From: Dehalococcoidia bacterium
GTDB lineage: Bacteria > Chloroflexota > Dehalococcoidia > DSTF01 > WHTK01
Direction: 5' to 3'
NCBI GenBank assembly: GCA_965219205.1
Contig: CBDCMQ010000007.1
Span: 227,594 to 291,593, forward strand
DNA: 64,000 nucleotides
In this document: piece by piece, positions 47,295-57,841 of the stretch
Numbering within the stretch: position 1 is the first letter of the stretch
How the letters are laid out: every line of letters begins with the position of its first letter
The notes under the pieces: model-generated
What the model was told of the DNA's origin: nothing
Databases searched by the model: none
What the model saw: only the letters and a program-made list of their open reading frames with translations
Program-made: the position numbers and the translations under genes

Positions 47295-48148
47295 GCCATT
47301 CCTCGAGTTGCGATTACTTCATTGGCCTTGGTTCGATCGCCGTTGCAGCTGATCATCCGAGGCGCCTCCATGATAGTAAGGTCGAAACCCAAACTTCCGT
47401 AAAGGTCCTTTATGCGGCCCGTGGCTTGGTTCGAAAGAACCACCGGTCCCCGGTGCCTCGCCAGCCACTCCGCCAGGCGAACTTGCTCCTGCCACTTGAA
47501 ACTTTCTTTGCTGTACTGAGTGAACTCGACGTCATACGGCGGATCGGCATAGATGAAATCGGTTGGTTCCAGGACGAGGGTTTCGAAATCACCAGTCTGA
47601 AACTCCCAATAGGCGAATTGGGCTTGATATGGACCGAAATCGCGCAGGTAATTGATCGTGCGGTGACGTCCGAACGGCACGTTGAACTGGCCACTACGAT
47701 TGAACCGGCAAAGGCCGTTGTAGCAGGTACGGTTCAGGTAATAGAACAGCTCTGCAGCTTCTTGGGTCTTTGCCATTCCTCGAGCGATCAGTTGGTTGAA
47801 GCGGTCTCGATGCCCGTAGTAAAGCGCTGCGTCATTCGCCATTTCGATTTCAGGCGTCAGGCCGCGGCCTAACCAGCGAAAGAAATTTATGTTGTGAGGG
47901 TTGAGGTCGTTGAGTAGCGCCCGTTCGGGCATCAGTCCGAGAGTCACCGCTAAGCCGCCGCAGAGCGGCTCCACGAGCCGGCGATCTGCGTTGGCATTCC
48001 AAAGCTGGCGCAAATGAGGAACCAGCCAGCGCTTACCGCCAGCCCATTTCAGCGGCGGCCGCAACGGCTGCTGCCGCACCAGATCTCTTTCGGGAACTGC
48101 AATAGAAACCAACAGATCAATAGTAAAGCGCTTTAGCGCATATGACAA
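47291..48148 (-). CDS. Dam-family DNA adenine methyltransferase
   Basis: LKWAGGK, EPLCGG, YLNRTCYNGLCRFN..G.FNVPFG, YADPPY; true start may be about 70 bp downstream. Confidence 0.92.
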   Translation of the reverse strand: MSYALKRFTIDLLVSIAVPERDLVRQQPLRPPLKWAGGKRWLVPHLRQLWNANADRRLVEPLCGGLAVTLGLMPERALLNDLNPHNINFFRWLGRGLTPEIEMANDAALYYGHRDRFNQLIARGMAKTQEAAELFYYLNRTCYNGLCRFNRSGQFNVPFGRHRTINYLRDFGPYQAQFAYWEFQTGDFETLVLEPTDFIYADPPYDVEFTQYSKESFKWQEQVRLAEWLARHRGPVVLSNQATGRIKDLYGSLGFDLTIMEAPRMISCNGDRTKANEVIATRGMA

Positions 48149-48184
48149 TGAGATCTAGACAAAAGCGGAACTAGCCCGCTGCTG

Positions 48185-49018
48185 TTACCAGATCTCCCGC
48201 AGTTCAAAGCGTGGCCCATCCTTACAGACGAGACGCGTGTTGCCACGCTTGTCAAAGACAGCGCAGCCGTAGCAGATCCCGGTGCCGCAGCCCATCGGTG
48301 ACTCTAGCAGAGCCTGCACGCTTTTCCGGCGTCGAGCCCTTTGACCGCCCTCGTGCTCGAGCAGCAGTTGACCTAGCGCCTCGAACATGGGTTTCGGGCC
48401 GCAGGTGAAGACCTGGTCGGACCAGGCAAAGTAATCGAGAAACACGTCGGTTACCAGCCCTTGGTGCCCAACTGAGCCGTCTTGCGTGGTCACAAGCATT
48501 TCGACTTCGGTCGGCACCTGATCGGTTGGAAAGATGCCGTCTTGGTTACGCGCGCCATCGATGAGCGACACGCTCTTGCCTTTGGCCACGGCTTCGTCCG
48601 CGAGCCATAACAATGGTGCAATACCAATGCCGCCGCCAACCAGAAGCAGGTTTTGGCCGGCGCTTCGTAACGAGAACCCACGACCCAACGGCCCCCAGGC
48701 AAAGACCTCATCGCCCGGGTTGCGATCTGCGAGCCATGAGGTGCCGCGCCCGACCACATCGTAAAGAATCGAGAACTCGGTGCCGTTTCTGCCCTCGCGC
48801 AGCCGGTGATAACTCATCGCTCGGGGCAACAGGGGATCGTCAGCCAGGGAGGCACCGCTAAACGGCACGCCCGCTTCGTGGAGGCGGTCGGTGCAACGCA
48901 GCATGAGGAACTGACCGGGGGCCGCACCGCGCAGCAGGTCGGGTCCGTCAAACCAGGTGATGTAGGTATTGCCATAGAGGCGTGTGTTTTCGATTACGCG
49001 GGCGAAGGCCGTCTTCAC
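48185..49018 (-). CDS. pyrK: Dihydroorotate dehydrogenase electron transfer subunit
   Basis: PGQFLM, GPLGRGF, GGGIGIAPL, CGPKPM, MGCGTGICYGC...VCKDGPRF; start uncertain. Confidence 0.92.
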   Translation of the reverse strand: MKTAFARVIENTRLYGNTYITWFDGPDLLRGAAPGQFLMLRCTDRLHEAGVPFSGASLADDPLLPRAMSYHRLREGRNGTEFSILYDVVGRGTSWLADRNPGDEVFAWGPLGRGFSLRSAGQNLLLVGGGIGIAPLLWLADEAVAKGKSVSLIDGARNQDGIFPTDQVPTEVEMLVTTQDGSVGHQGLVTDVFLDYFAWSDQVFTCGPKPMFEALGQLLLEHEGGQRARRRKSVQALLESPMGCGTGICYGCAVFDKRGNTRLVCKDGPRFELREIW

Positions 49019-49052
49019 CCGCGGAACGACCAGCAGCAAGTTAGGTGAACAC

Positions 49053-52000
49053 TCATGCTTGCACCTTGCGGTAGTCGCTCACCGGCCGAACGTCGAACGC
49101 CTGAGACCCAGCCAGGAGGGCTTCGGTAGCGGCTCGCGCGGTATCGATCGACGTGAAACAGGGGATCCTGCGCTCCGCCGCCGCCCGGCGAATTTGAAAG
49201 CCATCCTGCAGTGTGGATGAGCGGCCACCTTCGGGCGTGTTGATCACGCAATCAACCAGCCCATCCTCAATGATGTCCAGAACGTTTGGATGGCCCTCAT
49301 CCAGCCTCTTGGTCACCGCTTCAACCGGAATGCCCAAGGCGGAAATCTCCGCGGCCGTGCCTTCAGTGGCATAAAGCCTGTAGCCAGCCTCGTGCAGATT
49401 GCGAATTACGGGAATTGCGTCCGGTTTCGACCGGTCTGAGAGAGAGAGAAGCGCGCCGCCGGTCGCGGGCAGAGCAAGCTCGGAGGCCATTAAGGCCTTG
49501 GACAGCGCCGCGGGAAAAGTCCGATCAACCCCCATCACCTCGCCAGTGGACTTCATTTCCGGCCCCAGGTAAGTGTCGACGCCGATCAGCTTCGCCATTG
49601 AAAATACCGGCGCTTTAACTGCGACGAGCGGTTGGCTAGGCCAGAGCCCGCCGTCATAGCCCTGTTCCTTCAGCGTCTGGCCCAAAGAGCACTTAACCGC
49701 TAGACGAACCATCGGCACGCCTGTCACTTTGGACAAGAAAGGTACCGTGCGGCTCGCTCTAGGGTTGACCTCGAGAACGTAGACGCCAGACTCACCACCC
49801 TCATTCATGATCACGTACTGAATGTTCAACAGGCCGCGCGCCTCCATGCCCAGGCCTATTCGGCGGGTGTAGTCGACGATCAGCTCGATCTCTGCTTGAG
49901 TCAGCCCGATGCTCGGGTAAACGGCAACCGAATCGCCGGAATGTACGCCGGCTCGTTCGATGTGCTCCATGATCCCCGGTATCAGCACGTCTTCGCCATC
50001 ACAGATAGCGTCCACTTCGACTTCTTTTCCCTCAAGATATTTGTCAATGAGCACCGGCTTGCCTTCGGCCAACTCCAGGGCGGGTGCCATATAGCGAATC
50101 AACTCTGTGGCATTCTGGACGATCTCCATCGCCCGGCCGCCTAGCACGTAGCTTGGACGTACCAACGCCGGATAGCCGATTTGTTGAGCAACCGCCAGGG
50201 CTTCCTCGATCGTTCTCACTCCAGCCCCGGGCGGCTGTGGGATTCCCTGCTTGTTGAGAAAGTCTTCGAATCGCCGCCGGTCCTCTGCCATATCGATGGT
50301 TTCGTAGCTGGAGCCAACGATCTGACGTCCGGTGCGGTAGAGAGGCTCAGAGAGACTTACCGCCGTTTGGCCACCGAACTGAACGATAGTGCCCGGTCCG
50401 ACGCCATCCGCGTTCTCTTCGTTGTGCAAGATTTCCCGCAATGACTCCTCATCCAGCGGCTCGAAATACAGCCGGTCAGATGTGTCAAAATCGGTCGAGA
50501 CCGTTTCAGGGTTCGAGTTGGCGATCAGCGCTTTGTAGCCTGCTTCCTGCAGCGCCCAAACAGCGTGAACCGACGCGTAATCGAATTCGATGCCCTGTCC
50601 GATGCGGATCGGCCCTGAGCCGATCACCAGAACTTTGCGCTCACCGATCGGCGGAGCCTCGTTCTCTTGTTCGTAGCTGCTATAGAAGTAGGGTGTCACC
50701 GCGTCGAATTCCGCGGCACAGGTATCAACCATCTTGTACACCGGTCGCAAATCATACTGCTTGCGTAGATCACGAACCTGCTCGGGGAGCATGTCCGCCA
50801 AAGTCCCGATCTGTGGGTCTGAGAATCCCTTGCGCTTGGCCTCGCGTAGCAGATCACGGCTCATCGGCTCCGACAGGAGGCGCTGCTCCATCCGGATGAT
50901 GTTTTGCAGCCGGTCCAGGAACCAAGGATCGATGCCGGTCTCTCGGGCGATTTCCATTGTCCCCGAGCCGCGGCGCAGGGCAGCCATTATGGTCCAGAGA
51001 CGCTCATCGGTTGCATCCATCGGTTGCGCGCCGACCTCACCAGACCGTTTCGGGTCCTCCCACAGCAGGCTGCGTCCGCCGTTTTCCAGGCCACGAACCG
51101 CCTTCAGCAGCGCCGCTTCAAAGCTCCGATCGATCGCCATCACTTCGCCCGTGGCCTTCATCTGTGTGCCAATCTGCCGGTCGCCGAACGGGAACTTATC
51201 AAAAGGCCAGCGCGGAATTTTCACAACACAGTAATCCAGCGTTGGCTCGAAGGCCGCCGTTGTTCGCGCGGTCACGGCGTTGGCAATCTCATCCAACCGC
51301 CGGCCGACCGCGATCTTGGCGGCAACTCGGGCTATCGGATATCCGGTCGCCTTACTTGCCAGGGCTGAACTGCGCGAAACGCGCGGGTTAACTTCGATGA
51401 CGTTATAGGGCGACGTATCAAGTCTTTCGCCAATTTCCGCTGGGTCACCGTCCGGCCAGGCCCAGGGCACCACATCGGGCCGTGGAGCCAGCGAAAATTG
51501 AATGTTGCAGCCGCCCTCAATGCCAAGCGCACGGATAATTTTCAGGGCCGCCGTCCGCAGCATCTGATATTCCTTGTCCGTCAGGGTCTGACTCGGCGCA
51601 ACCACGATGCTGTCACCCGTGTGGACCCCCATTGGGTCCAGGTTTTCCATGTTGCAGACGGTGACGCAGTTGTCGGCGCCGTCGCGCATCACCTCGTACT
51701 CGATTTCCTTCCAGCCCAGCAGGCTTCGCTCTACAAGAACCTGGCTAATAGGGCTGGCGGCGAGGCCGCTATTGACAACGTGCTCATACTCCTCCTGTGT
51801 GTGAGCAACACCACCGCCTGTACCACCCAGGGTGTAGGCGGGGCGAATGACCAGCGGCAGGCCGAACCGCTGCATCACCGCTTTGCCCTGTTCCAACGAA
51901 GTCACCGTCTCCGACTCCGGCACCGGTTCGTCGATCTCCGCGAGCAGATTCTTGAACAGCTCTCGGTCCTCCGCCGTGCGGATTGTCTCCAGGGGCGTGC

Positions 52001-52340
52001 CGAGCATCCGGACGTCGTAGCGCGCCAAAACCCCCGCATCGGCTAGGGCTACTGCCAGGTTTAGACCCGTCTGTCCGCCGAGGGTCGGAAGCAGTCCATT
52101 GGGCCGTTCTCGTTCAATAATTCGCTCGACGACATCAACGGTTAGTGGCTCGATGTAAACCACATCCGCGATTCCTTCGTCGGTCATGATTGTTGCCGGA
52201 TTTGAGTTGACCAGGACTGTGGTCACGCCCTCTTCTCGCAACGCCCGGCAAGCCTGAGAACCCGAGTAATCGAACTCCGCCGCCTGGCCGATGACGATCG
52301 GGCCGCTGCCGAGAATAAGAACCTTGGCCGGCTTATTCAT
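49053..52340 (-). CDS. carB: Carbamoyl-phosphate synthase large subunit
   Basis: [17 protein letters not shown], duplicated ATP-grasp domains, MGS domain. Confidence 0.98.
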   Translation of the reverse strand: MNKPAKVLILGSGPIVIGQAAEFDYSGSQACRALREEGVTTVLVNSNPATIMTDEGIADVVYIEPLTVDVVERIIERERPNGLLPTLGGQTGLNLAVALADAGVLARYDVRMLGTPLETIRTAEDRELFKNLLAEIDEPVPESETVTSLEQGKAVMQRFGLPLVIRPAYTLGGTGGGVAHTQEEYEHVVNSGLAASPISQVLVERSLLGWKEIEYEVMRDGADNCVTVCNMENLDPMGVHTGDSIVVAPSQTLTDKEYQMLRTAALKIIRALGIEGGCNIQFSLAPRPDVVPWAWPDGDPAEIGERLDTSPYNVIEVNPRVSRSSALASKATGYPIARVAAKIAVGRRLDEIANAVTARTTAAFEPTLDYCVVKIPRWPFDKFPFGDRQIGTQMKATGEVMAIDRSFEAALLKAVRGLENGGRSLLWEDPKRSGEVGAQPMDATDERLWTIMAALRRGSGTMEIARETGIDPWFLDRLQNIIRMEQRLLSEPMSRDLLREAKRKGFSDPQIGTLADMLPEQVRDLRKQYDLRPVYKMVDTCAAEFDAVTPYFYSSYEQENEAPPIGERKVLVIGSGPIRIGQGIEFDYASVHAVWALQEAGYKALIANSNPETVSTDFDTSDRLYFEPLDEESLREILHNEENADGVGPGTIVQFGGQTAVSLSEPLYRTGRQIVGSSYETIDMAEDRRRFEDFLNKQGIPQPPGAGVRTIEEALAVAQQIGYPALVRPSYVLGGRAMEIVQNATELIRYMAPALELAEGKPVLIDKYLEGKEVEVDAICDGEDVLIPGIMEHIERAGVHSGDSVAVYPSIGLTQAEIELIVDYTRRIGLGMEARGLLNIQYVIMNEGGESGVYVLEVNPRASRTVPFLSKVTGVPMVRLAVKCSLGQTLKEQGYDGGLWPSQPLVAVKAPVFSMAKLIGVDTYLGPEMKSTGEVMGVDRTFPAALSKALMASELALPATGGALLSLSDRSKPDAIPVIRNLHEAGYRLYATEGTAAEISALGIPVEAVTKRLDEGHPNVLDIIEDGLVDCVINTPEGGRSSTLQDGFQIRRAAAERRIPCFTSIDTARAATEALLAGSQAFDVRPVSDYRKVQA

Positions 52341-53473
52341 GCTTGCTGGGGCTCCGCGGCCAACATTTCCACGAAGCGCTCAAAGATGTACATGTTGTCC
52401 AGCGGGCCCGGCGCAGCCTCAGAATGGTATTGAATTGTTAGCAGCGGCGCCTCCCGACCCAAGAGCCCTTCAACCGTTCCGTCATTCAAATGTACGTGAC
52501 TCACGTCAACGCTGGCCGGCAACCCTTCTCGATCCACCGCATAACCGTGGTTTTGCGCCGTTATGTGCACCTGGCCCGTCTCAATATCCTTCACTGGATG
52601 ATTGGCGCCGCGGTGGCCGAATTTCAGCTTATAGGTCCGGCCACCCAGTGCTAAGGCTGTGACTTGGTGGCCGAGACAGATACCAAGCAGCGGCAAACGG
52701 CCGATCAGCCCAGCAACTGTCTCGGTTGCGTAATCTAGCAAAGCCGGATCTCCCGGACCTGGCGACAAGACGATTCCATCGGGTTTGAAATCGAGAATCG
52801 CCTGCGCCGATGCTCGAGCCGGCACCGCCGTGACGTCGCAGCCAAGACGCTCCAACGAACGCATGATGTTGTACTTCACGCCAAGGTCCATCACGACAAC
52901 TCGATATCGCGGTGGCCCCTCCGGCGGTTTCGAATACACGCCTTCGATCGGCCAGTGAAAAGGCTCGGCGGCGCTAACCGTCGGGACCAAATCGACTGCG
53001 CCATAACGGGTCGCTTCCTGAAGCTGGCTCAGGGCGGCGTCTATTGAATCATCCTGTACCAGGGCACCCATCATCACGCCGGCGACCCGCAAGCGCCGGG
53101 TCAGTGAGCGGGTATCAATCTCAGCGATTCCCGGCACGCCGCGCTCGCGCAGGTACGAGTCCAGCGAACCGGCCATCAGCCGGTGACTGGGCGCCTCACA
53201 GGCTTCGCGCACAATGAACGCGTTGACCTGAACTCGCGAGGACTCGTCGTCTCGCCGGTTGGTGCCATAGTTTCCCTGGATCGGGTACGTCATTGTCAGC
53301 ATTTGGCCGGCATAGGACGGATCGGTTAGGGCCTCTTGGTAGCCGGTCATTGACGTATTGAAGACCACCTCACCGGTTGCCGGGACCCGAGCACCCAACG
53401 CTTGGCCCTGATAAACCGTGCCATCTTCGAGCACAAGGAACGCCTTCTCAGGCAACGCTTGCCTCCATCCCAC
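52337..53473 (-). CDS. carA: Carbamoyl-phosphate synthase small subunit
   Basis: [34 protein letters not shown]. Confidence 0.98.
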   Translation of the reverse strand: MGWRQALPEKAFLVLEDGTVYQGQALGARVPATGEVVFNTSMTGYQEALTDPSYAGQMLTMTYPIQGNYGTNRRDDESSRVQVNAFIVREACEAPSHRLMAGSLDSYLRERGVPGIAEIDTRSLTRRLRVAGVMMGALVQDDSIDAALSQLQEATRYGAVDLVPTVSAAEPFHWPIEGVYSKPPEGPPRYRVVVMDLGVKYNIMRSLERLGCDVTAVPARASAQAILDFKPDGIVLSPGPGDPALLDYATETVAGLIGRLPLLGICLGHQVTALALGGRTYKLKFGHRGANHPVKDIETGQVHITAQNHGYAVDREGLPASVDVSHVHLNDGTVEGLLGREAPLLTIQYHSEAAPGPLDNMYIFERFVEMLAAEPQQA

Positions 53474-53506
53474 AAATCATGACCAGTATCACCAGCCGAT
53501 TCGGTT

Positions 53507-54838
53507 TCACGCCGAAGAATCCCCGAGTTCGAAAACAACCTTGCCGGCATAGATTGTGGCAACGACTTGCCCACGCAGCTCACGACCACCCAGCGGCGTA
53601 TTCTTTCCTTTGGATGCGAACGTTTCCGGCTGAACCGTCCAGGCACGCTCGCGATCGATCAGAGCAATGTCTGCCGGAGCCCCGACCGTCAGCGACCCCA
53701 ACCCCGGGAGATTTCGGTCCAAACCCAGAGCGCGCACCGCACCCACGGTCAGGGCCTCAATGACCCGCTCAAAAGCCAGCGAGCCGTCAGCAACGGCTCG
53801 CAGTGACAGGCCTAGCGCTGTTTCCAGCATTGTGACGCCGAAGAGAGCGTCATCAAACTCACGGAGCTTGTCCTCAACCGCGTGCGGCGCGTGATCGGTC
53901 GCGATCGCATCGATGACGCCATCGCGCAAGGCAGTTACACAGGCCTCCACGTCCCGCTTGGCCCGCAACGGCGGGTACATCTTGGCGTTGGTTTCATAGG
54001 CGAGCATGTCATGCCCTTCTCGGTGCATGACGGCTTCGTGAGTCAAAGTTAGGTGGTGAGGTGTCACCTCAGAAGTGACTGGAACCCCGTCGGCCTTGGC
54101 TTTTCGCACTAGGTCCACACCACCAGCAGTGCTGATGTGGGCAATGTGGACATGGGCGCCTGTCTGCTTTGCCAGGGTTAAGTCACGGGCAATCATGCTA
54201 TCTTCCGAAGCTGACGGAATGCCTTCAAGACCAAGACGAGTCGAAACCCAGCCTTCGTGCATCACCCCGCCCGCCATAGCTGGGGTCTCGCAGTGATCGA
54301 TGACCGGAATACCCAAGCCACCAGCGTATTCCAGGGCTCGGCGCATTATTGAAGCATCGGCTACCGGGGATCCGTCATCGCTAAAGGCAACACATCCGGT
54401 TTCGGCCAATTCGCCCATTTCAGCGAGTGCCTTGCCGGCACGGCCTTTAGTGACGCAGCCGATCGGCAAGACCCTCACCGTCCCACCCGTCACGGCCTGG
54501 CTCAAAACGAATTCAACCGCCGCGCGACTGTCCAGCGCGGGCTCAGTGTTTGGCATGCAACACAGCGTCGTGAAACCACCGCATGCCGCCGCACGCGTGC
54601 CGGTCTCAACAGTTTCTTCGTACTCAAGCCCGGGCTCGCGCAGATGAGTATGCAGGTCGACAAAGCCGGGCGTGAGGACTAGGCCGCTCGCATCCCACAC
54701 ACGGGCGTTTCCCGCCTCGATATCCTTGCCAACGGCGGCGATTCGATCATCCTCTACGAAGACCGTGCCGCCGGTTAGGTCAATACCGTTGGCGGGGTCG
54801 AGTACACGGGCACCGTGAATCAATAGGCGATCAGCCAT
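53507..54838 (-). CDS. pyrC: Dihydroorotase
   Basis: DLHTHLREPG, MPNTEP, ATDHAPH, SKGKNTP. Confidence 0.96.
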   Translation of the reverse strand: MADRLLIHGARVLDPANGIDLTGGTVFVEDDRIAAVGKDIEAGNARVWDASGLVLTPGFVDLHTHLREPGLEYEETVETGTRAAACGGFTTLCCMPNTEPALDSRAAVEFVLSQAVTGGTVRVLPIGCVTKGRAGKALAEMGELAETGCVAFSDDGSPVADASIMRRALEYAGGLGIPVIDHCETPAMAGGVMHEGWVSTRLGLEGIPSASEDSMIARDLTLAKQTGAHVHIAHISTAGGVDLVRKAKADGVPVTSEVTPHHLTLTHEAVMHREGHDMLAYETNAKMYPPLRAKRDVEACVTALRDGVIDAIATDHAPHAVEDKLREFDDALFGVTMLETALGLSLRAVADGSLAFERVIEALTVGAVRALGLDRNLPGLGSLTVGAPADIALIDRERAWTVQPETFASKGKNTPLGGRELRGQVVATIYAGKVVFELGDSSA

Positions 54839-54880
54839 TACCAAGATCCTTATCTCGCGACACGTCCAAGTTTCTCGGAC

Positions 54881-55906
54881 TCACTTGCTGCCTCGCATCA
54901 AATAGAGCAGCGCCATGCGTACGGCGACGCCGTTTGTAACCTGCTCCTCGATCACGGAGGCGGCGCCATGCGCCACCGACCTGGATATTTCGACTCCCTC
55001 GTTCATCGGACCGGGATGCAGAACTGGGGCGCCGGCATTAGCGCGAGTGAGGCGCTCCTCGTTGACCTGGTAAAGCCGTGAGTACTCCCGCAGGCTCGGC
55101 AGCAATCCACCGGCCATTCGCTCCTGTTGTAGGCGCAAGGTCATCACCGCGTCGGCTCCTTCGATCGCCCGGTCCAAAACGGTGTCGATTTCAACCGGGG
55201 GCAGCGCGTCGGGCTCTTCTTTGGTTCCCAAATCCGCGGGCAAGAGAGTTGGCGGCGCGCATACGACGAGCTTCGCGCCCAATTTGGTCAGCCCCCAGAT
55301 ATCTGACCTGGCAACCCTGCTATGAGCGACGTCGCCGACAATGACGATTCGTTTGCCACGCAGATCCCCAACCCGGCTGCGCAACGTGTAGATATCCAAC
55401 AAACCCTGGGTGGGATGAGCATGCCAGCCGTCACCGGCGTTGATCACGCGCGCATCCGAATTAGCAGCCGCCAGGTAGGGCGCTCCCGACATCGAATGCC
55501 TCATTACCAGGATATGGGCGCCTATCGCTTTCAAGGTCCGAACCGTGTCGATCAGCGACTCACCTTTCTCGACACTCGACCCGGAAGAAGTGAGGTTGAT
55601 GACGTCGGCTCCGAGCACTTTGCCTGCCAGCTCAAAAGAGGCACGAGTTCGGGTCGACGCCTCGTAGAACAGCGTCAGTATTGTCGTGCCGCGCAGCGCC
55701 GGCGCCCGCGGCACATCACGGGCCAGGATCTCCTTCATCGCCTCGGTCGTCTCCAGGACCAAATCAATCTCGTCAATCTCGAAGTCGTCCAGGTCCAGGA
55801 CATGCCGCCGCTTCCAGCCGCGGACCGGGGCCGTGACTGGAACCGGTGTGTCCGGGGCGGCACCCGGTGTCTTGGTTTCAGATTCATCGACACGAGGACT
55901 GCTCAC
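54881..55906 (-). CDS. pyrB: Aspartate carbamoyltransferase catalytic subunit
   Basis: [33 protein letters not shown]. Confidence 0.97.
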   Translation of the reverse strand: MSSPRVDESETKTPGAAPDTPVPVTAPVRGWKRRHVLDLDDFEIDEIDLVLETTEAMKEILARDVPRAPALRGTTILTLFYEASTRTRASFELAGKVLGADVINLTSSGSSVEKGESLIDTVRTLKAIGAHILVMRHSMSGAPYLAAANSDARVINAGDGWHAHPTQGLLDIYTLRSRVGDLRGKRIVIVGDVAHSRVARSDIWGLTKLGAKLVVCAPPTLLPADLGTKEEPDALPPVEIDTVLDRAIEGADAVMTLRLQQERMAGGLLPSLREYSRLYQVNEERLTRANAGAPVLHPGPMNEGVEISRSVAHGAASVIEEQVTNGVAVRMALLYLMRGSK

Positions 55907-56448
55907 GGCGCTTCCTCCTCCGGTTGGATCACGACTTCGTCGCGTCCATCCGTCTCTTCAAGCCGAACCTGCACTTTGTCGCTACGCGCCGTCGGCAAAT
56001 TTTTGCCTACGTAGTCGGCGCGTATCGGTAGTTCGCGATGGCCCCGGTCCACAAGCACAGCAAACTCGATGCGCTCTGGACGTCCCAGATCAACTAGCGC
56101 GTCGAGTGCTGCCCGCACGGATCTGCCTGTGAACAGCACATCATCAACCAAGATCGTCCGTTTGCCGCTCACATCCCGCGGCAGCTCGCTCGGGGCGATC
56201 TGGACACTGGTACCTCGAGTGCTTAGGTCATCTCGATAGAGGCCGATATCAAGCGCCCCAACTGGCACACTCTCGCCTTCAAACTGCTCTATTGCGGCTG
56301 CCAGGCGTCTGGCTAAGGGAACGCCCCGCGTGCGCAGGCCAATCATCACCAGGTTGTCCGTGCCGCGGTTGGCTTCGACGATTTCATGCGCCAGGCGCAC
56401 GATTGCTCGCCGCATGTCCTCTGCTGTCAGCAGGACTCGCTCAGGCAT
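55903..56448 (-). CDS. pyrR: Pyr operon attenuation regulator / uracil phosphoribosyltransferase
   Basis: [42 protein letters not shown]. Confidence 0.97.
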   Translation of the reverse strand: MPERVLLTAEDMRRAIVRLAHEIVEANRGTDNLVMIGLRTRGVPLARRLAAAIEQFEGESVPVGALDIGLYRDDLSTRGTSVQIAPSELPRDVSGKRTILVDDVLFTGRSVRAALDALVDLGRPERIEFAVLVDRGHRELPIRADYVGKNLPTARSDKVQVRLEETDGRDEVVIQPEEEAP

Positions 56449-56570
56449 AAAAAAAGGGCCCTCCGTCTAATTGACGTTGGCCCAGCCGCTGACCGCCGTT
56501 TGGCACGCGTGAAGAAATCAACACGTTTATTTCCCTTTCCGGACTCGCTGGACCGGGCTTAAAAGGTTAG
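56449..56570 (-). promoter_or_regulatory. PyrR-binding attenuator leader
   Basis: Minus strand CCTTTTAAG-CCCGGTCCAGCGAGTCCGG-AAAGGG binding loop, then GGGCC..CGTC-AATTA-GACG..GGCCC-T7 terminator; extended -10 TGCTATAAT at 56580-56588. Confidence 0.8.
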
Positions 56571-56636
56571 CTTCTGCAAATTATAGCAGCCGAACCACGG
56601 TGGTGAAAGTGAAGACGAATACCAAAATCCAGCGGC

Positions 56637-57754
56637 TGATCTCGTTCAGAAAGATGCCGTACACGACAATGATGAGAAGGCGGGGACGATACGGAGTCCC
56701 AATGCAGACGTACGGGTCGATCATCCCAGGCGGTCCAACCCTGGCTCGTCTCCTCCCAGAGGGAGCGCAGGAAGGCAGGGAGGAGCCACGACTATCACGT
56801 GAGGCGAAGGCGCGCCTCAGGGCTGTTGAGTGGCACAAGGATCACGGCGAGAAGGTGAGTCTGACGGCAAGACGCTTTGGACGCAGCCGCTCAACCCTTT
56901 ACCAGTGGCTAGAGTGCTACCGGCTCCAGGGTCCGCGGGGTCTGCAAGACCGCAGCCATAGGCCACACCAGGTCCGCAAGCCGACTTGGAGCCTAGAGTT
57001 CGAAGCAGCGGTGCTACGCCTGCGCCAAGACAATCCCGTCTGGGGCAAAGACAAGCTACAGCCGATCCTCAGACGCCAAGGGGTCACTATCTCGGTCTCG
57101 ATGGTGGGCCGCATCCTCAGCCGGCTCAGACGCCAAGGCAAACTGGGGCCTGCGAGTCTGAAGGACCCTTGCATCGTCTCTCGGCCTCAGGTGCGGCCCT
57201 ATGCCGTGCGTAAGCCCAAAGACTACGTCGTCAAGGCGCCGGGAGATCTGGTTCAGGTGGACAGCGCCGACGTGCGCTGGACCGGTATTACCCATGCCTA
57301 CAAGCACTTCTCGGCGCGTGATATTGTCAGCCGCTGGGACGTCTTGGGTGTCTACGGCCGCGCTACCGCCGGCACGGCGCGCGACTTCCTCGATACGGTC
57401 ATCGAGCGTATGCCGGGTCCGGTGAAGGCGATCCAGGTGGACGGTGGCTCTGAGTTCAGGGCCGAGTTTGAGGCCGCCTGTGAGCAGAAGGGGCTGCGGC
57501 TTTTTGTGCTGCCACCACGCTCCCCCAAGCTCAACGGCTGCCTGGAACGAGCCCAGCGCACCCACAAAGAGGAGCTTTACCAGTTGGTTGACCCACCCGA
57601 CTCGCCCAGCCAACTGAGAACCCAGCTGCTCCAACAGGAGCAGCGTTACAACACTTACCGGCCCCATCAGGCCCTTGGCCATCTAACGCCGCAAGAGTGG
57701 CTGCTAGCATTCACCGAGAGGAGGTAAGTGTCCGGCATCTACTGGACGAGTACA
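56637..57754 (+). mobile_element. IS481-family insertion sequence, copy 2 (1118 bp, intact)
   Basis: Same IRs as copy 1; 5-bp TSD GCGGC (56632-56636, 57755-57759). Confidence 0.93.
56702..57727 (+). CDS. IS481-family DDE transposase
   Basis: N-terminal HTH (RFGRSRSTLYQW), VQVD, QVDGGSEF, PKLNGCLER, YNTYRPHQAL; GGAG before ATG 56702. Confidence 0.9.
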   Translation: MQTYGSIIPGGPTLARLLPEGAQEGREEPRLSREAKARLRAVEWHKDHGEKVSLTARRFGRSRSTLYQWLECYRLQGPRGLQDRSHRPHQVRKPTWSLEFEAAVLRLRQDNPVWGKDKLQPILRRQGVTISVSMVGRILSRLRRQGKLGPASLKDPCIVSRPQVRPYAVRKPKDYVVKAPGDLVQVDSADVRWTGITHAYKHFSARDIVSRWDVLGVYGRATAGTARDFLDTVIERMPGPVKAIQVDGGSEFRAEFEAACEQKGLRLFVLPPRSPKLNGCLERAQRTHKEELYQLVDPPDSPSQLRTQLLQQEQRYNTYRPHQALGHLTPQEWLLAFTERR

Positions 57755-57841
57755 GCGGCGTGCGCCGACGGGTTGAAAGCGCTAGAGTGCGAGTGCGTTC
57801 TGAGGGCCTTTTCGATCAATCCAAAACCACGGAGGAGAGCT

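Noticed and set aside
57728-57841. glyA extension or glycine/ZTP riboswitch
   Set aside because: The extension starts inside the IS end; no riboswitch consensus seen
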